Shown in pieces: positions 38,189 to 48,883 of a DNA stretch of 64,000 bases; position 1 is the first letter of the stretch, and each line of letters starts with the position of its first letter. The position numbers and the translations under genes were made by a program. Source of the DNA: a bacterium (lineage in GTDB: Bacteria > Hydrothermota > 32-111); NCBI GenBank assembly GCA_050239825.1, contig JBFXGO010000004.1, positions 1 through 64,000 of the forward strand, in the 5' to 3' direction. The notes beneath the pieces were generated by a model. That model made no database searches. It saw nothing but the letters and a program-made list of their open reading frames with translations, and was not told where the DNA came from.

Positions 38189-39865
38189 TTATTTTATCTG
38201 GTTAAGATAAAAGAAAAGTGCGTTTTTTGATGAGAAAATATCATCTGCTCTAAGAGAGACATTGCCGGTGGATGAGTAAAATTCCAGAGAGAGAAGGTCT
38301 CCCTTCTTCAGAGAAAGCACTCCCGCGCAGTTGAGGGTAGAGTATCCTTCAAAATTTTCCTGCAGAGTCACAACCGAATTGAGTTTTTCCTCCTCTTTTT
38401 TGTTTTTAACAAGACGCAATGCCGCTTTGCATGAGGAATCAGGCGTTCCGATTTTCTTTACGGATGCCGTGTATCCTGCATAGTAAATGCCGTCATAATT
38501 GACGGTAATCACTCCTGTCTTTTTATCCCAAGAAAAGAGTGAGTCTCCTCTGAATGTCTTTCTTTCAGAAAATACAATTGATGTGAATTTGCCGTTTGAA
38601 AAAACATCCGAAGCTGTCCATTCGGCCGCTCCGGCAAAAGTGCTGATGCTACCCATCATAGAGAGAGTGTCCGGCTTCATTGACTTCCTCACTATGATGG
38701 AATTGGCGCTGTCTTCAAAAATCGAAAAATCGCTTATTTTATCTCCATCCGCAATTCCCCATCTGACAGGAGAGTTTGTACCTATATTGTACTTCATAAG
38801 AAGCGGAGACCCGGGAAAATTGAGGAATGATTTCATGAAGATATTCCCCTCTCCCATGATGTCATTCTTTGACATTGACAGCCGCCCTCCGCTGAACTGA
38901 ATTGAATCTCCGTTCTTCTCCCTTATAAATAGAGCGCCGTCTTTTGATATTTTTGCGTAACCCTCTCCTTCGACAGTCAAATCCCCTTCAATGCGCCATG
39001 GAGTAGTTATTCCGCTGTTTTTCGCACTGCCTGAAAAATATATGGAATCTGTTTTGGTGCGCGTCTTGAAATCACCAGCGAGAACCGTCTCGTCAGCTCT
39101 GAGAACCGAAACAGCCCTACCGTTCATAATGCTTATCTGATTCTGAACATTCAGGTATCCCGTGATATGAAGGTATCTGATGAATGTAAAGTTATCCGCA
39201 AAGTACAATTCCCTTTTCTGTTCATTGCCGTAAATGATGAGCGTGTCTCCCCTCTTATTGTAGCAATTGGATATTATGCCGTAAAAATTCTTGCCCACTC
39301 CCTTTCCCTGCGTCCAAACAAGATATCCTGTTGAAGGCCAGTTGAAATCCTCCGTAATCTCTGAAGCAAATATATCGGAGAATGCGACATCCTTTGTCGA
39401 TCTCATGCTCTCTATCATATTGTGAAAGAAACCCATGTATGCCATGTATCCGGTGTTTTCGAGCGACTTGAACGAGAGATTTTGCAGGGTAAGATAAATA
39501 CTGTCGGCTTTGTTTATAAAGACTGTGTTTGAAAGGCTTGCATTGCAGGCGCTGTTGACTCCGCAAATGGAAATAAACCTGAACGGAGTATCTATGTATA
39601 CGGATTCTGCTTCAAGATTTCCGTAAATCAAAATGCTGATTGTGTCCAGCTTATTCTTTCTGCAATGGTCAAGAACCTGATTTATAGATGAAAACTCGGC
39701 TCCCTGATAAGAGACATTGAATGATTTATAGTATCTGAAATCAATGCTGTCTTTAAGAAGTTCATAAAATTTCGGCATGTATGACTGCAGGTCCGGCTGA
39801 AACGATTGTGAAAACAAGAACAGCGAAACGACTGTTAAAATAATTACTAAAGCGCTTTTTTTCAT
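38189..39865 (-). CDS. Secreted protein with C-terminal C1q/TNF-like domain
   Basis: Signal peptide; GVITVNYDGIYY and LSLKKGDLLSL pattern. Confidence 0.65.
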   Translation of the reverse strand: MKKSALVIILTVVSLFLFSQSFQPDLQSYMPKFYELLKDSIDFRYYKSFNVSYQGAEFSSINQVLDHCRKNKLDTISILIYGNLEAESVYIDTPFRFISICGVNSACNASLSNTVFINKADSIYLTLQNLSFKSLENTGYMAYMGFFHNMIESMRSTKDVAFSDIFASEITEDFNWPSTGYLVWTQGKGVGKNFYGIISNCYNKRGDTLIIYGNEQKRELYFADNFTFIRYLHITGYLNVQNQISIMNGRAVSVLRADETVLAGDFKTRTKTDSIYFSGSAKNSGITTPWRIEGDLTVEGEGYAKISKDGALFIREKNGDSIQFSGGRLSMSKNDIMGEGNIFMKSFLNFPGSPLLMKYNIGTNSPVRWGIADGDKISDFSIFEDSANSIIVRKSMKPDTLSMMGSISTFAGAAEWTASDVFSNGKFTSIVFSERKTFRGDSLFSWDKKTGVITVNYDGIYYAGYTASVKKIGTPDSSCKAALRLVKNKKEEEKLNSVVTLQENFEGYSTLNCAGVLSLKKGDLLSLEFYSSTGNVSLRADDIFSSKNALFFYLNQIK

Positions 39866-40959
39866 TTCTGCTCCATTTTGGTTTGAATCCCGACTCTTAA
39901 AATAAATCCGATGGTGTCTATTGAAATTTCGTTTTCGGGAAAATCCGATTCACTTAGATTCTTCATTAAAAGAGCGGCGGAGTTCAATGTATCAATTTCT
40001 ATACCGCTATTTCTAACCTGCTTGAATGAGTAGACTCTGCCGGTTTTAAATGAACCGTCGGAATTCAGCTCTATACTTAGAAGCGGAGCCAAACCGGTTA
40101 CTCCGCTTATGTTTATTCCCGCGTATGTCAGAAAGTTACCCAGAGAGTATGCTATTATCCTGTCTTTATAAAGCTCTATTCCGCGCGGCACATGGGGTCC
40201 GTGTCCTATCACCGCATCAGCGCCGGCATCGATTGCTTCCCGGCAGAACCTGTATATATTGCCCCTCAGCTCTCCGTACATATACTCAACCTCGTCTTTT
40301 ACATGACACGAATTTTTTCCCTCGCTGCCCCCGTGAAAAGTCACTATCACTATGTAATTTGAGTCGCTCAACTGCCTTATCATCTGCATGGGCTTCCCGG
40401 CATCAAGGATGCTGTTCATGCCTGAATAGGATGAAAATCCGATTACGGCAATCTTCATTGAGTCTTTTTCAAAGAAAGCGTTCTGTCCTGACAATCCGGT
40501 GTATTTGATGCCCAGAGAGTCAAGCACCCTCATTGTGGATTTCACTCCGCCTTCTCCAAAATCCCTAATATGATTGTTTGCAATGTTCAGAACATTGAAT
40601 CCCGCATTTTTAAGGTTGATTCCGAGTTTTTCAGGAGTCTTGAAAGCGTAGGTCTTGCCCTCAACTATTTTTTTTACGAGAACCCCTTCATCGCAGAGAG
40701 CGCATTCAAGATTGCCCATGACAATATCTCCCTCTTTTAAAAGACTCTCAGCCGGAGAGAAGAGGAATCTGCCATTATCCTGCGGCAGGTTATCTGAAGG
40801 ATATGTGTTTCCCATAACAATATCTCCCACTGCTGTGATAAGTATTGTTTTGGGTACTATCTCATTTTTTGCGGCTTCGGGGGTTTTTGACTGGGCCAAA
40901 ATAATGGCCGCAGATGCAAGAGCCAGAAGAAACGCACAGATTAATATGATTCTTTTCAT
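39862..40959 (-). CDS. CapA family metallophosphoesterase-like protein
   Basis: AVGDIV, GNLE, ANNH..D, FHGG.E, GHGPHV, YSLGNF. Confidence 0.9.
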   Translation of the reverse strand: MKRIILICAFLLALASAAIILAQSKTPEAAKNEIVPKTILITAVGDIVMGNTYPSDNLPQDNGRFLFSPAESLLKEGDIVMGNLECALCDEGVLVKKIVEGKTYAFKTPEKLGINLKNAGFNVLNIANNHIRDFGEGGVKSTMRVLDSLGIKYTGLSGQNAFFEKDSMKIAVIGFSSYSGMNSILDAGKPMQMIRQLSDSNYIVIVTFHGGSEGKNSCHVKDEVEYMYGELRGNIYRFCREAIDAGADAVIGHGPHVPRGIELYKDRIIAYSLGNFLTYAGINISGVTGLAPLLSIELNSDGSFKTGRVYSFKQVRNSGIEIDTLNSAALLMKNLSESDFPENEISIDTIGFILRVGIQTKMEQK

Positions 40960-40962
40960 GGC

Positions 40963-41445
40963 TTAAAGAGTCTTGAATTCCACTTCATCTTTCTTTACAA
41001 GGGCATATGACATCCTGAAATTCATAACAGATGACAAAGCTCCGGGATTGACTATCCGTTTGTTGTTTTTCTTTTTGTTCTCTCTCACATGGGTGTGGCC
41101 GTAAAAAATATATTTTGTCTTCGAATCCTCAATATACTCTTCAGTAAAGAAAGGTTCGTGCATTATCGCAATATGGCCGAAATCTTCTACGAATATTTCA
41201 TAGGGAGGATTTGAAAAATCAAAATCAATTGATTTCAGGAACGATGCTGAAGAAAGGTCTAAGACATCATTGTTTCCCTTCACCACATACTTTTCGCATT
41301 TTAATATTTTAAGAGGCTCCAGTATAGTAAAATCAGTCACATCTCCAAGGTGTATCAAAGCCAAAAGCTTGACATTTTCATATTCTTTTGCAAGTCTTTT
41401 GATGCAATTCTCATTGTTATGCGTATCTGAAATGAGAAGTATCAA
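40963..41445 (-). CDS. YfcE-like metallophosphoesterase
   Basis: SDTH, HLGD, GNND, GHTH, NPG. Confidence 0.9.
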   Translation of the reverse strand: MILLISDTHNNENCIKRLAKEYENVKLLALIHLGDVTDFTILEPLKILKCEKYVVKGNNDVLDLSSASFLKSIDFDFSNPPYEIFVEDFGHIAIMHEPFFTEEYIEDSKTKYIFYGHTHVRENKKKNNKRIVNPGALSSVMNFRMSYALVKKDEVEFKTL

Positions 41446-42224
41446 AGCAAACTCCTTGCAATAGTGAATATGCCCAGTGCGGCGAGATAGTACGAAAAAT
41501 AGTGAAATTTGTTTGATTTGAGAACTCTGTAGAGAAAGAGAACCGAAAAATATCCGAAAACAAATGCGCTCAAGAATCCGATGAGAATCGCAAAGTCGAA
41601 TAGAGGCTTTGTGTCAAGAAGCTCTTTTAGAAATGCGCCGAGTATCAGCGGCATAGCCATAAAAAATGAAAAGTCGCATGCATCCTCCCTGTCAATTCCC
41701 AGCATTATCCCCGAGGAGATGGTAGTGCCTGAGCGTGAAATACCGGGAAATAGAGCAATAATCTGCGCTATTCCTATAAAAAGAGCAGACTTGAACTCTA
41801 TTTTTTTGCTCTTATTGAAAAACTTCGTTGCAAAGAGCATGACTGCCGTAATCAAAAAAAATATTCCGACAAACCTCATATCGGAAAATGTTTTTTCTAT
41901 CAGCTCGTCAAAGATAAGTGCAAAAACAACTGCGGGAATGATGCCCGCAATGATATATCCTCCGTATCTGAGATTCTTCTTCGGATTCTCTGATTTGTCT
42001 GAAATTTCGCGTATCATGCCTTTAATAAGAGAAATTATTTTTTTCCTCATGAAGAGCATAACTGCAAAAAGAGTTCCCAGATGCAGCACAACTTCAAAAA
42101 AGAGATTATCCGAAGGTATCTTCAAAATGCTGTTTGCCAGTGCAAGATGACCTGAAGAGGAGACAGGGAGAAACTCTGTCAAACCCTGAATCGCTCCGAG
42201 GAATGCTGCTGTCAATGAATTCAT
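41442..42224 (-). CDS. uppP: Undecaprenyl-diphosphatase
   Basis: QGLTEFLPVSSSGHL, PGISRSG. Confidence 0.96.
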   Translation of the reverse strand: MNSLTAAFLGAIQGLTEFLPVSSSGHLALANSILKIPSDNLFFEVVLHLGTLFAVMLFMRKKIISLIKGMIREISDKSENPKKNLRYGGYIIAGIIPAVVFALIFDELIEKTFSDMRFVGIFFLITAVMLFATKFFNKSKKIEFKSALFIGIAQIIALFPGISRSGTTISSGIMLGIDREDACDFSFFMAMPLILGAFLKELLDTKPLFDFAILIGFLSAFVFGYFSVLFLYRVLKSNKFHYFSYYLAALGIFTIARSLL

Positions 42225-43072
42225 GCGGCTCCCATCATGATGGCGGTAAGACCGACAATCATGTCGTATTTTATATAATTGTTGACGAACCTCTTTGTTT
42301 TAATGTCGTCAAAGATGTAAAAAATTATAAGAAGCACTATAAGCACAATGTCCACTCCGAAAAAAGTTATGAAGAAGTACCATTTGTTGTATGTTCCGTT
42401 AAAGTAAGGTATGAATGTTATAACAATGAGAGAGAGAAAAACCACTGCGGCTATGAAGAATGATTTTGTCTTTCCGATTATTATAGGCATTGTCTTCATT
42501 CCCGCATACTCGTCTCCATCAACATCCTCAATGTCCTTCGTTATCTCTCTTCCGAGATTCATTAAGAAGGAGAATATTGCCGGGAATATTCCCTTTGTAA
42601 AATCCCCGCCTGCCTCGGCTCCGAAAATGAAGAGTATCCCTGTAAGGAGAGATATGGTAAGGTTTCCTATGAATGGAAGGCGTTTGAATGACCAAGAGTA
42701 AAGAAAGAGCAGCACTGCGGATATAAGGGCGATTACAAATCCGATTTTTGATATGAATGCGGAGATTACTATGCCTGAAATTAAAAAGACAAATACAAGG
42801 ACGAACATGTGCCTGAGGTTGAAATCCATTGCTATAAGCGGACGGGATGGCTTGTTGATCTTGTCAGTCTCTATGTCAAACAGGTCATTCACAATGTTGC
42901 CTCCGGCAAAGACCAAAAAAACTGTCACTACCGAGAGTGTGAGTTTGATATAATCAGGATCCCTCGTTGCTATGAACGCGGAAATTATAACCGAAAGCAC
43001 CCCCATCAGGCAGTTGTTGAGCCTGATGAGGTACATAAAACCTATGAATTTACTGTTTTGGCTTTGCTTCAT
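42221..43072 (-). CDS. UbiA prenyltransferase, DGGGP synthase-like
   Basis: GNIVNDLFDIETDKINKPSRPL, REITKDIEDVDGD...G.KT.P. Confidence 0.85.
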   Translation of the reverse strand: MKQSQNSKFIGFMYLIRLNNCLMGVLSVIISAFIATRDPDYIKLTLSVVTVFLVFAGGNIVNDLFDIETDKINKPSRPLIAMDFNLRHMFVLVFVFLISGIVISAFISKIGFVIALISAVLLFLYSWSFKRLPFIGNLTISLLTGILFIFGAEAGGDFTKGIFPAIFSFLMNLGREITKDIEDVDGDEYAGMKTMPIIIGKTKSFFIAAVVFLSLIVITFIPYFNGTYNKWYFFITFFGVDIVLIVLLIIFYIFDDIKTKRFVNNYIKYDMIVGLTAIMMGAA

Positions 43073-43964
43073 CCTTGAAAATCTCTTTGATTGATCCTAA
43101 TGACGAAAGTATTCCTGTTGCTTCAAAGGGAAGGAAAATCTTTGTCGCATTTCCATTGGCCATCTTCTCAAGAGCTTCAAGATACTTTATAGCAATGACA
43201 TCCTCTGTCGCCTTTCCCTGATGAATTGCTTCAAAGACAGTCTTTATGGCGCGCGCCTGGCCATCAGCTATCAGGATAGCCGACTGCTGTTCACCCTCCG
43301 CTTTCCTTATTGCATACTCCTTCTCTCCTTCGGCTTTCAGTATATTTGATTGTTTGTCTCCCTCTGCAAGAAGTATGACCGAACGCTTCTCTCTCTCTGC
43401 TTTCATCTGTTTTGTCATCGCTTCCTGAATTTCGTCGGGAGGATTTATGTTCTTTAGTTCAACTCTGTTGACCTTGACTCCCCACTTGTCTGTGGCTTCA
43501 TCAAGTATCTTCTGAAGTTCGCTGTTTATCTTTGTTCTTGATACGAGTGTTTCGTCAAGAGTCAAATCTCCTATCACATTTCTGAGAGTCGTTATGGTAA
43601 GCTTCTCTATCGCCATGACAAGATTGCTAATCTCATAGACTGCCTTATAAGGGTCGTTTATCTGATAGTAGATAACTGAATCGATGAGCATTGTGACATT
43701 GTCCTTTGTTATCACCGGCTGGGGATTAAAATCAAGCACCTGCTCTCTCAAATCTATTCTTACCACATATTTGTGTCCGAATATCACAGCCCTCAAGGAA
43801 TCAATTATCGGCCATACTATGTGAATGCCTGATGAAATTGTTTTGTGATATTTTCCCAGTCTTTCAACTATAGCCACCTCTGCCTGTCTGATTATTATTA
43901 TGCCCTTTAAGGCAAAGATCAGAACGGCAACAACTACGAGAATTAAAAATATCGACATATTCAC
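43050..43964 (-). CDS. SPFH/band 7 (QmcA-like) protein
   Basis: VERLGKY, VITKDNV, QMKAEREKR. Confidence 0.93.
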   Translation of the reverse strand: MNMSIFLILVVVAVLIFALKGIIIIRQAEVAIVERLGKYHKTISSGIHIVWPIIDSLRAVIFGHKYVVRIDLREQVLDFNPQPVITKDNVTMLIDSVIYYQINDPYKAVYEISNLVMAIEKLTITTLRNVIGDLTLDETLVSRTKINSELQKILDEATDKWGVKVNRVELKNINPPDEIQEAMTKQMKAEREKRSVILLAEGDKQSNILKAEGEKEYAIRKAEGEQQSAILIADGQARAIKTVFEAIHQGKATEDVIAIKYLEALEKMANGNATKIFLPFEATGILSSLGSIKEIFKDEAKPKQ

Positions 43965-45388
43965 TCCTTTGTGAAGACTTTTTTTCCTCTTTTGAATGTC
44001 ATGACTATCCGGGGATTCTTAGCTGGAATTTTTTCAATCGGAGAGTCAAAGACTGTCATATCCGCAAAGTATCCTTTTTCAAGCTTTCCAAAATTTTTCC
44101 CTTCATTCATTATTTCTGCGCTTCCCTCAGTATAGCACTTAAGAGATATGGAAGGTTTCATTCTCTGATTTTCAAATTGAGCCTTTGCGAGAGATTCAAT
44201 GCCGTATACAGGCGAAGGGGGCATGCAATCGGAGCCGAATCCGAGAGGAATTGATTTTTCATATATTTCAGAGACGACATTGTTGAATTCATAATATTTC
44301 TTATCCAGCCTCTCTTCATACATCTGTCCCTTCATAGCCCAGTTGCCTATAAAATTGGGTTGCATAGAGAGCATCAGGGATTGTTTTCTGACTCTGTCAA
44401 TCTGTTCTCGCGCCGCAAGTTCAAAATGCTCTATCCTGTCATTCTTTCTACCTACAAGATTTTTCAAAGAATACTCTATCGCCTCATCCCCTATCGCGTG
44501 AACTGCAAGCTGGTAGCTGTTCTTTTCCGCAGTTGCAAAAGCTTTTCTGAAATCTGTTCTTTTGAGAACGATCTCTCCCTTCTCTTTTGTATTTTTGTAA
44601 GGAATAGTCAAGGCGGCCGTGCGTCCGCCGATTGACCCGTCAGTGAAAAGTTTGAGCCCTTTCAGTTTGACATTTTTTCTATCTTTCCACCCCTGAAGAT
44701 TCTCCGCCAACATTGCGGGATAGTAGAAGAAAACATCAAGCTTTAGGTTTCGGGAATCGTAAATATCAAAAGAATCATATGTCGCCATATCTCCTATTGA
44801 AGTTATGCCGAGAGAGAAAAACATGTTCTGAGCTTCCGACAGAGCTCTTTGCATATCCGCCTTTGCCGGTTTGAGCACAGTGTTCAGAGAGAGAACAATC
44901 CCCTCCCGAGCTATTCCGCTCCTATTGTCAAAATTGCCATTAAGCTGATTTTTAAGGAGTCTGACTGCCTCTTCATTGAGCACCGCAATATGACCACAGA
45001 CTCTTCTTACAATTACCGGTTTTTTCAAATTCATTGCATCAAGCATCGCCTTTGAAGGAAATTTGTTTTTTTTGAATTTTGTTTCGTCAAACCCCTCTGC
45101 AATAATATACTCTGAGTTTAAATTTTCACGCGCATACTTCTCAATTCGCAGATATATTTCCTCTTCGGATTTCACTCCTGAGAGATTGCACCGTATAAGA
45201 TTCAGTCCGTACCAGAGAAGATGAGTATGCGCATCAATAAACCCGGGGTAAATATATTTGTCTGAAAGGTCTATTGTCTCGATATTCTTTTCCGAAGAAT
45301 CTTTGATAAAAGCGATTCTCTCCCTCTCTATTCCTATGAAGCGGAAAAATCTGCCGCCTGAGAGAACATTTGCTTTTATCTGATACAT
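43961..45388 (-). CDS. Amidohydrolase family 3 (YtcJ-like)
   Basis: PGFIDAHTH, KLFTDG, HAIGD, RIEH, GSD. Confidence 0.9.
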   Translation of the reverse strand: MYQIKANVLSGGRFFRFIGIERERIAFIKDSSEKNIETIDLSDKYIYPGFIDAHTHLLWYGLNLIRCNLSGVKSEEEIYLRIEKYARENLNSEYIIAEGFDETKFKKNKFPSKAMLDAMNLKKPVIVRRVCGHIAVLNEEAVRLLKNQLNGNFDNRSGIAREGIVLSLNTVLKPAKADMQRALSEAQNMFFSLGITSIGDMATYDSFDIYDSRNLKLDVFFYYPAMLAENLQGWKDRKNVKLKGLKLFTDGSIGGRTAALTIPYKNTKEKGEIVLKRTDFRKAFATAEKNSYQLAVHAIGDEAIEYSLKNLVGRKNDRIEHFELAAREQIDRVRKQSLMLSMQPNFIGNWAMKGQMYEERLDKKYYEFNNVVSEIYEKSIPLGFGSDCMPPSPVYGIESLAKAQFENQRMKPSISLKCYTEGSAEIMNEGKNFGKLEKGYFADMTVFDSPIEKIPAKNPRIVMTFKRGKKVFTKE

Positions 45389-47127
45389 CAGCTTCCAATA
45401 TCCAAGAACGGCTTCAGAATCTCCGCCCTGTTCTTGTGACCCAGTTTTTCAAGAGCCTTTGCCTCTATCTGCCTGACTCTTTCTCTTGTGACATCCAGTA
45501 TTTCGCCCACCTCTTCAAGGGTGCGCGGATAGCCGTCCTGCAGGCCGAACCTGAGCTTTAGAACAGTCTGCTGTCTCGGAGTCAGATCGGACAGAACCAT
45601 ATCAAGCCTCTCCCTGAGCATGGAAAGCATCGCATGGTACTGCGGAGATTTTTGATCCACATCTTCTATGAAGTCGCAGAATATTGATTCATCGCTGTCA
45701 CCTATGGGTTTGTCGAGTGATATGGTTTCCTGAGCAATTTTGTAAACGCTCTTTATTTTATCAAGTGGTATATTGAGCCTCTCTGCGACATCCTCTTCTG
45801 TCGGTTCTCTTCCAAATTCCTGCATGAGAGCCCTGGTGGCTTTAACCACCTTATGCATCACCTCTATCATGTGGACAGGCACTCTTATTGTGCGCGCCTG
45901 GTCGGCTATTGCTCTTGTTATTGACTGTCTTATCCACCATGTCGCGTAAGTTGAAAATTTGTAGCCCTTCTGATAATCGAATTTTTCCACTGCCTTCATC
46001 AGACCGGCATTTCCCTCCTGTATAAGGTCCATGAATTCAAGGCCCCTGTTTGTATATCTCTTCGCTATTGAAATCACAAGCCTCACATTTGCGCGAATCA
46101 TCTTTTGTTTTGCGTCATTTAAAGTGACCTCGAATTTTGTGAGGTTCTTTATTATTTCATCGAATTTCTCATTGTCACAACCTATCTCAGATTCCATCTT
46201 TTTTATGCATGATTGAATGTACTCTATCTCTCTTTTTACATTTATGAAATCCTCTCTCTTGATGTTTCTCTTCTTGTATTTGATAGGCACATTTCCCTTT
46301 GCATCGCAAATACGCATTATATCATTTATAGATGTGTCGAATCTTTTTTCTATGAGTTTGAATTTTTGGTTTTGCATGCACAGATCTTTGTGCAGAATTT
46401 TGTAGGATTTTATCATGTCATTGAGCTGCACCGAATTCACCTGCATCTCTTGAACCTTATCAATAAGATTGGAGTAGATTTTTTCCATCTTTTTGTCGCG
46501 TTTTTCTCTTTCGGATTTCTTCAGTCGTGAGTAGCCCACCTTTTCTTCCTTTATTTTCTGAATGTCTTTCTTAATGTCGTCAAAGAGTTTTTTTAGCTTC
46601 TGATATTTTTTCTTCTGCGAAAGTTCGTTTGATATATTCGGATCCTCTATGTGAAAGTACTGGTCAATCGACTCCTCTTCATCTATGACTTTGTCGTAGA
46701 ATTCCTGCACTCTGTCAAATGTCTTGTCAATCATGAACAGATTTGAGATTATGCCTCTTCGTCCCTCTTCCATAACTCTCGATATAGTCACTTCCATATC
46801 CTTTGAGAGCAGTTCAATGGATTTCATCTCTTGCAGATACATTCTGACGGGGTCATCATACTTTATCCTTTCATAGAGGTCGGATTTCTTTTCCGCCTCT
46901 ATTCTGTGAGTGGGCTCAGGCATCTGCTTCTCATTGTCATCTTCTATCAGCGCTATGCCCATCGTCTGCAGACGCGTTATGAGGCTGTCAATTTCATCAA
47001 CCTCAAAATCTTCTGGCAGGAGGCTGTTGAGCTTGTGATACGGCAATTCTCCATTCACCACAGCTTTTTTAATGATAGTGTTGATTATATTTTCAATATC
47101 GCCTGTCTTCTTGGCATCAAGAGCCAT
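45388..47127 (-). CDS. rpoD: Primary RNA polymerase sigma factor
   Basis: [38 protein letters not shown]; follows dnaG. Confidence 0.96.
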   Translation of the reverse strand: MALDAKKTGDIENIINTIIKKAVVNGELPYHKLNSLLPEDFEVDEIDSLITRLQTMGIALIEDDNEKQMPEPTHRIEAEKKSDLYERIKYDDPVRMYLQEMKSIELLSKDMEVTISRVMEEGRRGIISNLFMIDKTFDRVQEFYDKVIDEEESIDQYFHIEDPNISNELSQKKKYQKLKKLFDDIKKDIQKIKEEKVGYSRLKKSEREKRDKKMEKIYSNLIDKVQEMQVNSVQLNDMIKSYKILHKDLCMQNQKFKLIEKRFDTSINDIMRICDAKGNVPIKYKKRNIKREDFINVKREIEYIQSCIKKMESEIGCDNEKFDEIIKNLTKFEVTLNDAKQKMIRANVRLVISIAKRYTNRGLEFMDLIQEGNAGLMKAVEKFDYQKGYKFSTYATWWIRQSITRAIADQARTIRVPVHMIEVMHKVVKATRALMQEFGREPTEEDVAERLNIPLDKIKSVYKIAQETISLDKPIGDSDESIFCDFIEDVDQKSPQYHAMLSMLRERLDMVLSDLTPRQQTVLKLRFGLQDGYPRTLEEVGEILDVTRERVRQIEAKALEKLGHKNRAEILKPFLDIGS

Positions 47128-47128
47128 T

Positions 47129-48835
47129 TTACCTCCCTCCTTTTATTTTCTTGACCATCAGAACTCTCATGTGCATCAGTCTGTCCTTTTCCTCTTCATC
47201 AGAGGCATTCTTTATTTTTATGTCAATCTCTTCAATGCGCTTCAAAATTCTTTTCTCTTTTACTATTCCGAGAATCTCGTTTATTTTCTTCTCATCCGGT
47301 TTATGCTCAAGATAATAGGTCATCCTTTTGATTATATAATCTTTCAAATATTTTATTTTATCATTTTTAATGAATAAGTCAATATTCTCATCCCTTGTGT
47401 CCAAGGAATTGCAGATAGAGATGAATGTTCCTTTCAGTGGCAAATCCAAAAAATCAGTCTCCTCAACTTCAAAACAGAGCTTTTTACAAAGCCCCCTATC
47501 AGAGAGCATTATTGCTATGATTTCATGATATATATTTGGTTTTTCCGCATCTTTTTCCTCTTTGACTGACTGCTCGGATTTCACTCCGGGTTTCAGAAAT
47601 TTTTCTGAAATCCTGAGTCGCTCCACGACTCCCTTTGTATAGAGATTCCTTGTAACATCATCTTCAATATTTTTAACCGCATCAATTACAAAATTTACAA
47701 AGTGCTTCTTTGAGAGCATCTCATCCTCTTCCTTCTCCTTAAAATACTCCTCTGCGAACCAAATAAAATCTTTTCTTCCACTCTCAATATGCGCGAAATC
47801 GATTTTATCGCCCAGCTTTTTTACAAGCTCATCCGGGTCCTTCACGGTTTTGTCCGAGAAGACGCTCACAATCAGACCCTCCTTAAGCAGTATTGGAATA
47901 GACCTCATTGTTGCATTCCTTCCGGCTTCGTCCGTGTCATACATTAAAATGACCTTTTCGCACGCTTTTTTGATGATCTTTGCCTGTTCAGCAGTGCAAG
48001 CAGTTCCAAGCTGAGCCGCCGCATTCCTCACTCCTGCTCTGAAGAGAGAGATAAAATCCATGTATCCTTCAACAAGAATCATTGAATTTTTCTGCGATAC
48101 CGCCTGTCTGCTCAGATGGAGCCCATACAAAAAATTACCTTTTTTAAAGACCGGAGTCTCCTGAGTATTGAGATATTTCGGATTATCATCTTTGAGAACC
48201 CTGCCGCCGAATCCTATGACATTTCCGGAGTTTGAGAAAATTGGAAACATGATTCTGTTGAAGAAGACATCCCTCATGTTTCCATACTGGTCTTTGTGGA
48301 TGAGGCCGGCTTTGACAAAATCATCGTACTTAAATCTTTTTTCTTTAAGGTGGTTTATAAGAGAATTTGAACTGTCGGAGAAGCCAAGCTTGAATGTTTC
48401 TATTTCCGGAAGGTCAAGCATCCTCTGCTTCAGGTAATCTCTTGCCTGTGAATTATCCATGAGTGATTTTTTATAATGATTCATCGCTATCTCATTCGCC
48501 TCATATATTGTGCTTGTCACACCCCTCTCGCCCGACCTTTTATACTGGGAAAGGTCTATGCCTGATTTTTTTGCCAATATCTCGATTGCGTCATTGAAAT
48601 CTACATGTTCAATCTCCATGATGAATGAGATTACATCTCCGCTCTTCGAACAGCCGAAGCAGTGATAGAAACCCTTTGTTGAGTTGACTATGAAAGAGGG
48701 CGTCTTCTCCGAATGGAATGGACATAACCCTTTGAGCGAACTTCCCGACCTCTTAAGAGAAACATATTCAGATACAATGTTCTCTATCGGATTGGATTCT
48801 TTTATTTTGAATACGAGGTCTTCAAGATTGAACAT
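47129..48835 (-). CDS. dnaG: DNA primase
   Basis: CPFH..KTPS, CFGC, KYLNT, EGYMD, D.DEAG. Confidence 0.97.
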   Translation of the reverse strand: MFNLEDLVFKIKESNPIENIVSEYVSLKRSGSSLKGLCPFHSEKTPSFIVNSTKGFYHCFGCSKSGDVISFIMEIEHVDFNDAIEILAKKSGIDLSQYKRSGERGVTSTIYEANEIAMNHYKKSLMDNSQARDYLKQRMLDLPEIETFKLGFSDSSNSLINHLKEKRFKYDDFVKAGLIHKDQYGNMRDVFFNRIMFPIFSNSGNVIGFGGRVLKDDNPKYLNTQETPVFKKGNFLYGLHLSRQAVSQKNSMILVEGYMDFISLFRAGVRNAAAQLGTACTAEQAKIIKKACEKVILMYDTDEAGRNATMRSIPILLKEGLIVSVFSDKTVKDPDELVKKLGDKIDFAHIESGRKDFIWFAEEYFKEKEEDEMLSKKHFVNFVIDAVKNIEDDVTRNLYTKGVVERLRISEKFLKPGVKSEQSVKEEKDAEKPNIYHEIIAIMLSDRGLCKKLCFEVEETDFLDLPLKGTFISICNSLDTRDENIDLFIKNDKIKYLKDYIIKRMTYYLEHKPDEKKINEILGIVKEKRILKRIEEIDIKIKNASDEEEKDRLMHMRVLMVKKIKGGR

Positions 48836-48841
48836 TGGTAT

Positions 48842-48869
48842 AATATAATATATATAAAGTTTTTTTCAA
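48842..48869 (-). promoter_or_regulatory. Promoter of dnaG-rpoD, probably leaderless
   Basis: TTGAAA-N16-TATATT-N6-ATG(48835); no SD. Confidence 0.55.
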
Positions 48870-48883
48870 GTCTTTTGTTTGAA

